Source: Octopus bimaculoides (lineage: Eukaryota). Taken from it: DNA of 64,000 bases. The position numbers and the translations under genes are program-made. The notes under the pieces are model-generated. The model did no database searches, was not told where the DNA came from, and saw only the letters and a list, made by a program, of their open reading frames with translations. This document shows, piece by piece, positions 25,160 through 36,609 of the stretch (within the stretch, counting starts at the first letter, position 1; every line of letters starts with the position of its first letter). The stretch spans positions 67,158,736 through 67,222,735 of the forward strand of contig NC_068989.1 of the NCBI RefSeq assembly GCF_001194135.2. The letters are read 5' to 3'.

Positions 25160-26080
25160 AGATTTTGATTTACCCGAGCTCTATGGCATGGTATAGTTTA
25201 AACTCATTGTTTCCAAGGCCTCCCTTATTGATCTGTGAGTGTTTCACTATACCCTCCTATTCTCCATTGCCTTTAAAGATATCCACTTTCTTCCAGTTTG
25301 TGGATTTCTGGCAAGATCCAGAAAAGTTCTGTGACAACTCAAGTAGTGTGTATGGAACTGACCCAAAAGTATTTAACAGATCAAGCGACACAAGTGCCAA
25401 GGAACTTTTCTCCATCTTCGATGTTTGTATGCCATCCTAGGTCACAGTCACATGATCTATACAACCTGACACATTTAAGACTCCAGCTTTCTGCACCATA
25501 CAATCTACATAACCATGATCTGCCAAAAATTTCATAACTCATTTGGCAAAAATGACAAGGAATATTTTCCCACCCACTTAGAAAGGAAATTGGCCAGAAT
25601 TGGTTACAAGTTGATGAGTTCTGCTCTTTGAGAAGATGAGTACCTTCTGCTCTTGCCCAATGGCTCATGATCACATATTCTTTCCAAGCTCTTTGGAGAA
25701 TGAAAAATAATTTGTTGGTCAAACTAGAACACCTTTCATAAACTTTGTAAAGCTTGCTATCTTATCCTGGAATGCACTTCGATTGTGTCTTTTTGATAAA
25801 ACCCCAGAGTTCTTTCATTTGAAAGTCTCCAATATTAAATTTTGCTCCTAGTGCTGTTGGTTTTGGTATCCCTTGCATTGGTGGTACAGGAGTACCTCAA
25901 AGATTGTCACTATAGGTTTGGATAAGTGCAACTCCAGTTCATCCTTGCTACATATCAGGTTACCATTTCTGCTCTCCAGAAACAGACCTACTACAAACTT
26001 GAAAGGATTTTCAATAACCTTTTTTTAGCTCAGCCACTTTGGCCTCCTTCTTTCCCTCCTCCTCTCAATATGCACCAGTT
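25160..26080 (-). mobile_element. HERO-like (RLE-clade) LINE RT N-terminal fragment filling most of an annexin intron
   Basis: Frameshifted SRNGNLICSKDELELHL, YKVYERC, NKLFFILQRAWK and WARAEGTHLLKEQNSSTCNQFWPISFL resemble the HERO motif W..AEG..IPKEE.S..I.QFR.ISLL (recalled). Confidence 0.6.
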
Positions 26081-26181
26081 GACAGAGGCACTTCTTAATA
26101 TCATCATAGAGCATAATATACACACACACTTACATATTCACCCATGTGCACACACTTACACACAAATCACAAATATCTTAC

Positions 26182-26359
26182 CAATGGTTAAGTATGCTTT
26201 CTGCAAGTCTCCAGAAGTTTCTCGCTGGATGCTATCCATAATATCTCGGTCAGCAATTTTTTCATAGGCAGCAAAAGTAGCAATCAACTGAGGCCTGCTG
26301 CGCAAACTCAATACTTTGTTAAATACAGATTCGTCAGTTCCAAATTTACCTTCTCCTGC
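26182..26359 (-). CDS. ANXA7: Annexin exon (repeat III)
   Basis: tctaaag|GCA GGA GAA GGT...ACC ATT G|gtaaga = AGEGKFGTDESVFNKVLSLRSRPQLIATFAAYEKIADRDIMDSIQRETSGDLQKAYLTI. 178 nt. Confidence 0.95.
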
Positions 26360-26629
26360 CTTTAGAAACAAATTAATATATTAACTTTTGTCAACATATT
26401 TTTAATTAACAATAGTTCTTACATATAACCTCTCACTTTAGTTCTAACAGAAGTGATTACATTTAGATGATAGATGTTAAACACTTTCATTTCTGCATTT
26501 CAAATATCATTCACTGATTACGTGCTTCAATTAATTTTATAAATGATCAAGGATTTAGTTGTGTTTAGTAAAGCTTTATATTTATTTCTGTATAATGCTT
26601 AAAATGCACAGAGTTCCTATCTACACTTT

Positions 26630-28230
26630 TCCAGTATATTAAATATGACTACTTCTCTGGTAGCAGCAGAATTTTGTATTCTTTCTACCAAGTTCAACTT
26701 TTGAGCATGCTAGGTCTACTTTTAGACTTTTTCCTTCTAGTCTCTGTTTCCTAAATTCTTTGACTGCTTCACCCATATGAACTAGGCTATCAGCATACAG
26801 GATTTTCCAGACAATCTCGAATCCTTCTGTTATGGCCTGGAGAACTACAATAAACAGGAAGAGGAAGAGAACCAAACCCTGATGGCCACCTACATGTACA
26901 CTAAATTTCTTACTGAACACATTGTTAAATTTTACTTTTATGACCTCACCCTCCTATATGGCTTGTACAGTTCTGACAAGCAATTCACTTATGCCCAGCT
27001 TTTTAGCAATGACAACACTAGAGAACATGGTACTCTATCAAAGGGGACCTTCTACCAGTTAATGGATGCTAGATATAGTTGATTTCTCATAACTAAGAAC
27101 TTCTGTAATTGTTTCATCAAAGAGTATTGGCTGTACTCTATTTTGGCACAAACCCAAATGACATCTCATCTACCTTAATTCTGTACCTAATTAAATATGC
27201 TATAATATTTTCTGCTACTTTCATCACATGAATTTGATGCCTCAATAGTTGCTTCTTTCAAGAGCATCTCCTTTGTACTTGTAGTAGTAGACAATATCAT
27301 TACTACACCAGCTGCCATTCCTCCTGGTACCACTTGTATGGCTATGTGTCCTACTTCAGTACAATATTTTCAGCTTCTCAGTGACTATATATATCTCTGA
27401 AAGTCCACATGTCTAATGGTGCCTTCAATCGTATAGTTGTCACTTTTAATAGCAGGTGGCCTCTCTTTCTTCTCAGCCTCAATGAGAACAAATATGTGGC
27501 AATTCTGTGTACACTCCCCACTCTGACAACATCCTAATATGCACTAACATTTGAACTAATATGTATTACTTTGCTATCTAGATCACTTCTTGCCTCAGAT
27601 CCTCTCACCACAGAATGTCAGCACACATCTTATTTTCTGCCTCATTCTTTGCTAAATATATCTCACATCCAGATTCTCTTCTAACTACCTAATATTGTTC
27701 CTCACCCCTCATTTCTTGCAGGTTTTAAGATTCTATCTACTCTACCATTCCACCTTCATACCACCTTTCTCTAACCACAAATTTTATCTGTAGTTTACAG
27801 CAGGCTGTCTCATAGAAACTCCCAGTTTTCTATTTCCTCCTTTTCCTTCTCATCACAGACACTATCTAACATTTCTTTGAACTTCTATAGTAGGCTGAAA
27901 AGCTTTTCAGTTTCTATACTTTCATTTTTCAGATTGTCTGATATCTCTGAGACCATCTAGCCCTCACCTTGGTGTCACTATTCCCTAGTCTATGCCAGGT
28001 TACATAATCTTTACTAGGAAAAGACCCAGTGTTCACTGGCAGTTGTCTATCCTGTTTCTTGTTGAGTATAAAGTCAATCAGGTTTGTGTGTTCAACTGGC
28101 ACTAAGAAGATGGCCGATTTCCTAATGTTAGAGTTGTAAATGGCTAAGTCATTAGCATCAGAGAACTTCAAGCAATGACCTTGATTCCTCTTCATTCTTT
28201 GTACCATATTTATAATCACTATGTAACTCA
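26630..28230 (-). mobile_element. Degenerate RTE-like LINE (APE endonuclease and RT fragments)
   Basis: 27929-28219: NQGHCLKFSDANDLAI...LIDFIL...HRL (APE C-terminal half). 26639-26920: FSVHVGGHQGLVLFLFLFIVVLQAIT...ILYADSL (RT QG/YADD motifs). Confidence 0.75.
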
Positions 28231-28439
28231 GTAATTATCATGCTATTGTTTAAATTATCCATTAAAGTTACTAGCCACAATAACTAAGTCCTTGTCATCT
28301 GCTATTGAGCTGGATATCTTAGAAATAGTTTTTTGCTCTAATAAGAATGAAAATTCAGTTTGACCAATCACTAATGAGAGTTATAAATTAATTATGTAGC
28401 AACTACCCAACTAGCAAGTTTGTGAAAACAATTACTTAC

Positions 28440-28588
28440 ATCATAAAGTTCTTGAGCATCCTTGTTAGCAAGAGCTGCATCAACATTCATGTCAGTGCTA
28501 CGGGCACAAGTAGTTTGAGAAACAAGAATGCGTTTCAAATGACCACTGGTCTCAGAAATAATGGCATCTTCCAATTGATCACCATATA
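28440..28588 (-). CDS. ANXA7: Annexin exon (repeat II/III)
   Basis: tttcag|TA TAT GGT...TAT GAT|gtaagt = (L)YGDQLEDAIISETSGHLKRILVSQTTCARSTDMNVDAALANKDAQELYD. 149 nt. Confidence 0.95.
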
Positions 28589-29494
28589 CTGAAATATAAA
28601 ATGATATAAAACAGTTACAGCATTGTTGAAATCAAATAATGGGTTTTAAAAAATTACGAAATTTTGTAAAAATTAATTACATATAATGGTCCACATTGAC
28701 AACTTCACTGTTTTCTTTCTGTAGCTTTTTTTCTAAATAACACCCTTCCTTTACATAAACAGTCTACAATTTCAGGTATTTTGATATAGTTAACCTGTGA
28801 CACCAATCATTGGTATTGTTTTGATAAAACTATCAAAAACAATAGAACACCTGAATTAATGTCTAACTTTAAAACTATACTTTCTGGCTTGAAATACCAA
28901 CAGGGTTGGTTTTGCTTTATATTTCTACAGAGTCTATAAAATACTTAAATACTTCTTATACACTGAGAGTTGATTCAATCAACTATATGACTCTGCAACA
29001 AATTTCTAAATTTCATACCGAAAAAAAATCTTTATTGGTTAACCCTTGTGAAACCAATCTGTCTGAGATCACTCTGGTTCAAAGATATAAACTTTCTGTT
29101 TTAAAATGATTCAAAGTTTCATGTTAATTTGTTTCAAACACCAGCTTAATGTCAACTAAGTTATTTTATTAAATTTTTTTATCATTTTCAAAATTAACCT
29201 AAGCAAAGTCTATTTCAATAGAAACAGTCACAAAAGTGTTAACCATTTTTGTACTGATGTTTTAGACTGTCCCTGGTTCTAGGATACAAGCTTCCTATTC
29301 TAAATTAAAACCTTCCATCAAAGTTTCTTGTTAATTTATGTTCCAAGCATCATTTCAAAATCATCTGAAACAAAGGTAGCATATATCAACAGAACTATGG
29401 TAATAAAGAGGGATAAAGCGATCTAAATTAAAACCTCATGTCAAAATTTCTAGTTAATATATTTTCCTTACACCAGATTAATAATTTTACTCTT

Positions 29495-29905
29495 TTACTC
29501 TTTTATTTGTTTCAGTCATTTGACTGCGGCCATGCTGGAGCACCGCCTTTTAGTCAAGCAAATCGACCCCAGGACTTATTCTTTGTAAGCCTAGTACTTA
29601 TTTTATCGGTCTCTTTTTGTCGAACCACTAAGTTACGGGGACATAAACACACCAGCATCGGTTGTCAAGCAATGGTGGGGGGGGGGGGAACAAACAGACA
29701 CACAAACACACACATATATATATATATATATATACATATATACGATGGGCTTCTTTTAGTTTCCGTCTACCAAATCCACTCACAAGGCTTTGTTCAGCCC
29801 AAGGCTATAGTGGAAGACACTTGCCCGAGGTGCCACGCAGTGGAACTGAACCCAGAACAATGTGGTTCGTAAGCAAGCTACTTACCACACAGCCACTCCT
29901 ACATA
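29495..29905 (-). mobile_element. SINE family A copy inserted into a TTAA MITE module
   Basis: Full-length reverse copy. MITE sequence stops near 29460 and resumes at TCATTATTTTCAAAG (about 29907). Confidence 0.85.
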
Positions 29906-31483
29906 TTCATTATTTTCAAAGTCATTTGAAACAAAGGCAGTGTATTTCAACAGAAATATGGTAAAGAAATGATTAAACAGGTCTAAATGCATACTGAATT
30001 AATTTTCCAACATAGTTTTCATTCATAGTTGTTAACATTCCACTTGTCTCCAAGAGCACATAACTGTATGTGTTCAGGGGAAATAAATCCTTTCTACTAC
30101 AGGCATAAGATCTGAAATTTCGGATGACAGGGACTAGTTGATTACATTGACCCCAGTATACAACTGGTTTGTTTTATCAACCTCAAAAGGATGAAAGGCA
30201 AAGTCAACTTCAGCAGAATTTGAACTCAGAATGTAAAACTGGACAAAATACCACTGAGCATTTTGTCTGGCATGATACCAACTCTGCCAGCTCGCCACCT
30301 TAAGGGGTGGGGGACATAAATAACCCAACTGCATGACATCTTGAGTAAGTGTCTTTTACTTTACCCAAGACTAGCGAGTGAAATTGGATGGATAGAAACT
30401 ATGCAGAAGCCTGTTGAATGGATTGTTCCTATCGTTCAAAAATTCTTGGCACACACTGAGTCATGCTAATTCAACCTCAGGAGATTACACTAAAGGTAGA
30501 CATATGTCTGTGGAATACTCAACCACTTATATGCTAGCTCACTGAGTAAAGAGTTTAGTTGATCAAACAACTGAGTACTCCTTGTTGAAACCAACAGAAA
30601 TGCAATTAATTTTTGGTTGATTAAATTGAACCAATATATTATTGACTTTTGTGTGTTCCCCCCACCCTCCAACAAGTTAATCTCAGTAGAATAAAAAAGG
30701 CAAAGTCAGTACTATGGAGATGATTTCAACTGAGAACATGTTTAGTATTTTAATGTCTGCTACTTGATTGACATTGATGGAAGTCAATTGCCATCATCAA
30801 CATCATTTAATGCTTGTATTCTGTACTGGTATGGGCTGGACAGTTTAACACTGAGCTCCAATGCCTGCTTTGGTAAGGTTTCTATGGCAGATACCTTTTC
30901 TAATGCCAAACACTTTACAGAGTACTGGGGGCTTTCTTCATGGCACTAGTACTCATGAAGTCAACAAATAACTCACAAGAACGGACCCTTCAACCATAGA
31001 GAGAGAGGAACATGTCTCCATGTAGAAGAGATAATGGCTACCCCAGCATGGAAGAGAAGAAGGATGGTAAGGATAAGGTGTCAGGACATACCCTGAAGGT
31101 ACAAGAAGGTGAACAAGGAGAGAAAAGGGACAAAGAATCAAGGAGTGCTATGAGGGTAGGTTGACGAAAGTGTGAAAGGAGAGTGACAGATGGTTAGAAA
31201 TGAGGATAGAGGTGACTGTAATAAGTGATGAACCTGGGTGGGGGTATGAACAATGGCGAATCTCAGTTTGGTTGAGAAGATAAAGGAAAATAAGAGTGGA
31301 TCAGGGAAGAGGTGATAGGTCAGAATACATAAAAAAAAAAGGGGACTGAGTGGAGAACAGCAGCATAATAAAAATGAAGATAGATGATCAAAACCTTAAT
31401 TAACTTTAATCTTCAGATATCACATGCCAGTTTATTCTCAAATATTTTAATCAACTACTGAAAGACTGGAGTTAATTATCTTA

Positions 31484-31873
31484 GATGTTGTTGTTGGCAC
31501 TCCGTCGCTTACGATGTCGAGGGTTCCAGTTGATCCGATCAATGGAACAGCCTGCTCGTGAAATTAACGTGCAAGTGGTTGAGCACTCCACAGACACATG
31601 TACCCTTAACGTAGTTCTCGGGGATATTCAGCGTGACACAGTGTGACAAGGTTGACCCTTTGAATTACAGGCACAACAGAAACAGGAAATAAGAGTGAGA
31701 GAAAGTTGTGGTGAAAGAGTACAGCAGGGTTCGCCACCATCCCCTGCCGGAGCCTTGTGGAACTTTAGTTGTTTTCGCTCAATAAACACTCACAACACCC
31801 GGTCTGGGAATCAAAACTGCGATCCTATGACCGCGAGTCCGCTGTCCTAACCACTGGGCCATTGCGCCTCCAC
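31484..31873 (-). mobile_element. tRNA-derived SINE family D with a 9-bp TSD
   Basis: ATTATCTTA at 31475-31483 and 31874-31882. Head GTGGAGGCGCAATGGCCCAGTGGTTAGG...GTTTTGATTCCC (A/B boxes); (AAC)n-like tail. Confidence 0.88.
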
Positions 31874-32297
31874 ATTATCTTATAACACTCCAACAAAAAC
31901 CTATGTAACAATTACAGTTTTTATTACACTGGTTTATGTGCACCATCAAAACTTATGCAGTTATAGGTGGAGGTACTTTGGCTGTTGCAGAACTGACACA
32001 CTTCCATTCTATGTGGTATCCTCATTTCATAGGTTCTAAGTAGAATTCCTTTTGCATTTTTACAGTCTTTTTATGTTGTTAAACCATAAAGATTTATTTT
32101 ACTTGTTCTTCATTCTCAAAAAATATTACTATTTAAAATAAATATAATATACATATATACATATATAAAACAATGAATAAGATTTCAATAGAATCATGAT
32201 AATTTTCATTGGAAGTAGATTAACTCTGCTCATCAACTTCACAAATAAACCTTGTTAAGGATTTCAAAATGGATATTATAATATATTGGACACTTAC

Positions 32298-32388
32298 ATT
32301 TCTTGAAATGTTCCTTAATCTCTGCCAGCTCTTCATTATTTCTAGTGAGAAGAATCTCTATCAGAGCATCTTCATCAGTTCCAAGTCC
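32298..32388 (-). CDS. ANXA7: Annexin exon (repeat II)
   Basis: tttcag|GGA CTT GGA ACT GAT GAA...AAG AAA T|gtaagt = GLGTDEDALIEILLTRNNEELAEIKEHFKK. 91 nt. Confidence 0.95.
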
Positions 32389-33401
32389 CTGAAATAATGG
32401 TTTTGTTTTAGTAGAAAAATTTCCAGATTGAAGAATTATTTCTCTCCAATACACAGAGTCTGAACATATTAATTAAATTGGTAAACTATTTATCTTCTAC
32501 CTAGAAACTCTACATAGTATTAGTCCACTACTAAGGTTCAAATAAAGACCACATATATATCAGTTAACATATCATCATCATCATCATTTCTACATCCAGT
32601 TTTTCAAGTTTGCATGGATCAGATGAAATTCATTAAAGCATATTTTCAATAGCTAGATGCTCATCTCATTGCCAAACCTCATCTGTTTCCAAGCAGGGTA
32701 ATATATATTTCCCCATAGTTGGAATATGTTTTCATGGAAAATTGGACATGAAAGGACACTGCTTGTAAGACAATGATTCTCACTTATAACTATTGCATGA
32801 TGTCAAGACAAAGAACTGCAAATACACACACTGTAGAATGCTCTGGCTAAGTTTCTATGCGGGTAAGGTTTTATACGCACGCACGCACGCGATGGACTGC
32901 TTTCAGTTTTCATCTACCAAATCTACTCACAATGTTTTAGCTGACATAGGGCTATAGTGGAAAACACTTGTGCAAGGAGCTGCACAGTGGGACTGAACAT
33001 AAAACCACATGGTTGAGAAGTGAACTTCTTAACCACACAGCCATTGGTTAATATATAAAATCTAACAATACAGACATTGCATATGAATGAGATGACTACA
33101 AAATTTATACAAAATACCCTACACATGCATAAGTCTGTCACTTTGCTACATTTGCATATCCTGTACACATTCTACAGAGAAATGTCATAAGAAAATTTAA
33201 GGAATCTTTCTACATTTTATCTTCACAGTAGTCAATATTTATCAAGAACATAGATTCATCAGATAAATTTCTCTAATGGCAAAGCCCCAGCCAGACCAAG
33301 ACCTTATATCTGGTACCATTGAAAGAAAGAATTCATGGGAAAAAAAAAAGAATAAAACAAAAAGTATGAAATGTAGAAAGTAACAGCATAGAGAAACTTA
33401 C

Positions 33402-33515
33402 TTTTATTGCACGCTTGAGTTCTTTTGCATCATAGACTCGTGGTGGATCCATAAGGGCCATGATAACATCTTCAAAATGTCCCCCAATTTCAGATTTTAT
33501 TTCTTTTCGAAGATC
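33402..33515 (-). CDS. ANXA7: Annexin exon (repeat I/II)
   Basis: ttttag|GAT CTT...ATA AAA|gtaagt = DLRKEIKSEIGGHFEDVIMALMDPPRVYDAKELKRAIK. 114 nt; too short for the ORF track. Confidence 0.95.
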
Positions 33516-34028
33516 CTAAAACAATGGAAACAAAATATAAGAAACTGATGAAGCATTAACATTATACAGCTGGTCAGTCCATCAGTCTGTCCATCCTTCT
33601 TCTTAGCCTGGAAAAGTCATGAGAGTAGAGTCCTCGGGTACCTCAGCCATAAGCTCTTATCAGAAGCAACTATTATTACACTTCCTGGCTGGAGTTCCAA
33701 GCATGACCAGCTAAGACTACAAGCTTCCTATATAGAGTAAAGAGTAAAGAGACAGAAAGACATGAAATAATGGTTTCAAATTTTGGCACAAGGTCAGCAA
33801 TTTTGGGGAGGAGTAAGTTGATTACATCGCAGCCAGTGCTCAACTGATACTTATTTTATTAACTTTATCAACCCTAAAAGGGTGAGGGGCAAAGTCAACT
33901 TTGGCAGAACTTGAACTGAGAACATAAAGACAGATGAAATGCCACTAAGCATTTCGCTTGGTGTGCAAGTGGTTTTGCCAGTTCACAGTCTTAGACAGAC
34001 ATGAAATAATAATCATAATTATTCCTAC

Positions 34029-34123
34029 CTTTCCATACATTGCTTTGAATACTTTTTCTATTTCTTGTCGTTGTTGGTTACTATGAGAAGTCATTATCTT
34101 AATAATCGCTGCTTCATCAGTAC
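34029..34123 (-). CDS. ANXA7: Annexin exon (repeat I)
   Basis: ttggtag|GT ACT GAT...GGA AAG|gtagga = (G)TDEAAIIKIMTSHSNQQRQEIEKVFKAMYGK. 95 nt. Confidence 0.95.
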
Positions 34124-34217
34124 CTACCAAAAAGAAAAAGAAAGAAGGATAAGCAAAACGAAAATGATCAGACATTCTAAACATGCATTCATAGAGTTGT
34201 CGTTATTAAAAATTTAA

Positions 34218-34437
34218 CCCTTTAACAGTCTAACCAGCTATATCCAGCTAAAATATTTTACCCGTTTTATGTTTAAACTTGTCAGATCTGACCTCTGCTA
34301 TCCACCTTATAATATCCTTCTAAAAATATCCAATCATATCATCAAAATCTGAAAGCTTTGAGATAATCAATGTTTAATTCAAAACAATGGGAATAAATAA
34401 GCATTACATTTGACAGAGTAATCTGAACACTAAAGGG
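34218..34437. mobile_element. TTAA-flanked (piggyBac-type) MITE family 2
   Basis: TTAA|CCCTTTA...TAAAGGG|TTAA. A second copy lies at 60699-60891, with partial copies near 41780-41950 and 63377-63500. Confidence 0.7.
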
Positions 34438-35236
34438 TTAATAGAAAATTGCAGAGAAAAATTAAGAGATGTTTTCTTGCAAATCTTTTGAAATTGGTGA
34501 AAAAGATCATACAAGGAGTAACAATACACAGCAACGTCTTTCTCAACAGGAAGTGTGCCATTAAAGATAACAGAATTAAAATCAGGCTAATGAGAGCAGA
34601 CTCTACATTACTACTCCTCAGTGTTCTAATTTATTTTTTGTTTTTGCTTTTGTATGTCTTGAAGATGAAGTAAAAAAAATTATTGTATGGTTAAAAAGTT
34701 TACATTCATAAAACATAGTTTTGAGTTCAGTTCCAATGCGTGGCACCTTGGATGAGTATCTCCTACTATAGTCTTGAACCAGCCAAAGCCATTTAAGTGG
34801 ATTTAATAGAAAGAAACTGAAAGAAGCCTGCCACACACACACAATATGTATGTATGTAGGTATGAAATAAAGAGTTGGACACTTATATGCAAATTAGCAA
34901 CACCAGTTCTCTGTAATCATAGGCTTTGTTGGGTATATAAATAGAGTAGTTGCTCATCCTTCTGGGATTGGTCAAGTGATGTAGTCATTCATGATGAGAA
35001 ACCACTAAGGCACTAAAGTTTGAAAATTGATTAAGGTTGTTTATTCTTTCTTTTTTTAATCTACAGAGAAATAGTTAAATTTGATCTTCCCCACCCACCC
35101 CACGTGTGTGTGTGTGAAGTTAAATAAGATTTGGATGAAAACCTTGCAGTATGCTATGCAAAGCTCACCCACAGTTATTGGCTACCTGATGCCATCATAC
35201 AGTGGAAATGATAGAAAATAATGATAGAAAATATCA

Positions 35237-35467
35237 GGCGGTGAGCTGGCAGAAATGTTAGCATGCCGGGCGAAATGCTTACTGGCATTTCATCTGCCGC
35301 TACGTTCTGAGTTTAAATTCCACCGAGGTCGACTTAGCCTTTCATCCTATCAGGGTCGATTAAATAAGTACCAGGTATGCACTGGGGTCGATATACTCCA
35401 CTTAATCCGTTTGTCTGTCCTTGTTTGTCCCCTCTGTGTGTAGCCCCTTGTGGGCAGTAAAGAAATA
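35237..35467 (+). mobile_element. SINE family B (GGCGGTGAGCTGGCAG head) with a 16-bp TSD
   Basis: GGAAATGATAGAAAAT at 35204-35219 and 35468-35483. Central motif GCCTTTCATCCT...GGTCGATTAAATAAGTACC. Other copies at about 1000-1210, 30100-30300, 33770-33990, 40660-40865, 40915-41125, 48700-48910, 49560-49720 and 55060-55260. Confidence 0.85.
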
Positions 35468-36609
35468 GGAAATGATAGAAAATGGAGTGAACAACATTCT
35501 TTGCTTACAATCACTATATATTAGAATCATGCATGTATGTATTTACATATGTATGTATATATAGGGAGTGGTCATTTTGTCTTGACATCATGTGATAGTA
35601 TTAAGCGAGTGTCACTGTCATACAAATGGTGTCAATTTTTCCAATCTTCCACTAAAATAAAATATGCCTGGCCAAGAGGAAATATTACCTTACTTGGGAA
35701 TAGGAAGGACATCCAGTCATAGAAAATGTGCTACAACAAATTAACACATGGGCATAGAAAAGTGGATGTTAAAAATAATGGCATGATGATGATGATGACA
35801 ACTGTACAGAAAGTAAAAAAAAAAATTACTGGTGTCCTTTGTATGGTAAGTTTTAAAAAACTGTTTTGAAGTAAAAAATTTAGAAAAATATTGTTTATCT
35901 TGTTCTATTAATAATATGTGTGTTTAACAAAATTATGAATAACATTGTTTTCAAACCATTTGAATATTAATATGATCACCTCAAAAAGATACGGTGTCCC
36001 TAGAAACCCTGGTACCCCAGTGTTTTCAGTGTATTGTCTAAGAAGTACTGTGTTCTACATCATCAATATATTTGCTAGAAATAGCAACTAAGTCTTGCTC
36101 ATTTACACAATACTGTCTCAAAAAGAGAAGGGCACAGGTTCATGCAGTCAGAGACACATTGCATAAGTTCAAAATAGAAAAGAAGGAAAAGACACATTGG
36201 TCAATTCTGGAATGCCTTTAAGCATAGATATCTTGGATTAAAGATGATCCAAGATTAAATAAAATTGTTTGACATCCCCACTATCAAGTCAGAGTAATTT
36301 CTTATGGGAAGTTACTGCTTCTAAAAAAAATGGTACTCATATGTGTCATTTGGCCTTTGCTGCTCTTCCTGACACCAGTCACTTTATGAAATGTACTTGG
36401 TGCATTTTATTATTATTTTTTGTGTGTGGGCACCAACACTGGAGTAATGCATAACCTAAAGTATACAGGGCAAGGAGTGTAATAGGGGACAGCAGAAAGG
36501 CCAGGAATGGGTGTTTGAAAAGGGAATGTTGTCCAGGAAAAATTCTGATATATAAAGTTTATTTAAATATCATCATAAAAATTAGTTATTAACCTATATC
36601 ATATTATAC

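Noticed and set aside
31790-31873. tRNA-like A/B boxes (also about 5290, 20800, 35240, 56540)
   Set aside because: They are SINE heads attached to repeat bodies, some with TSDs, and give no full cloverleaf.
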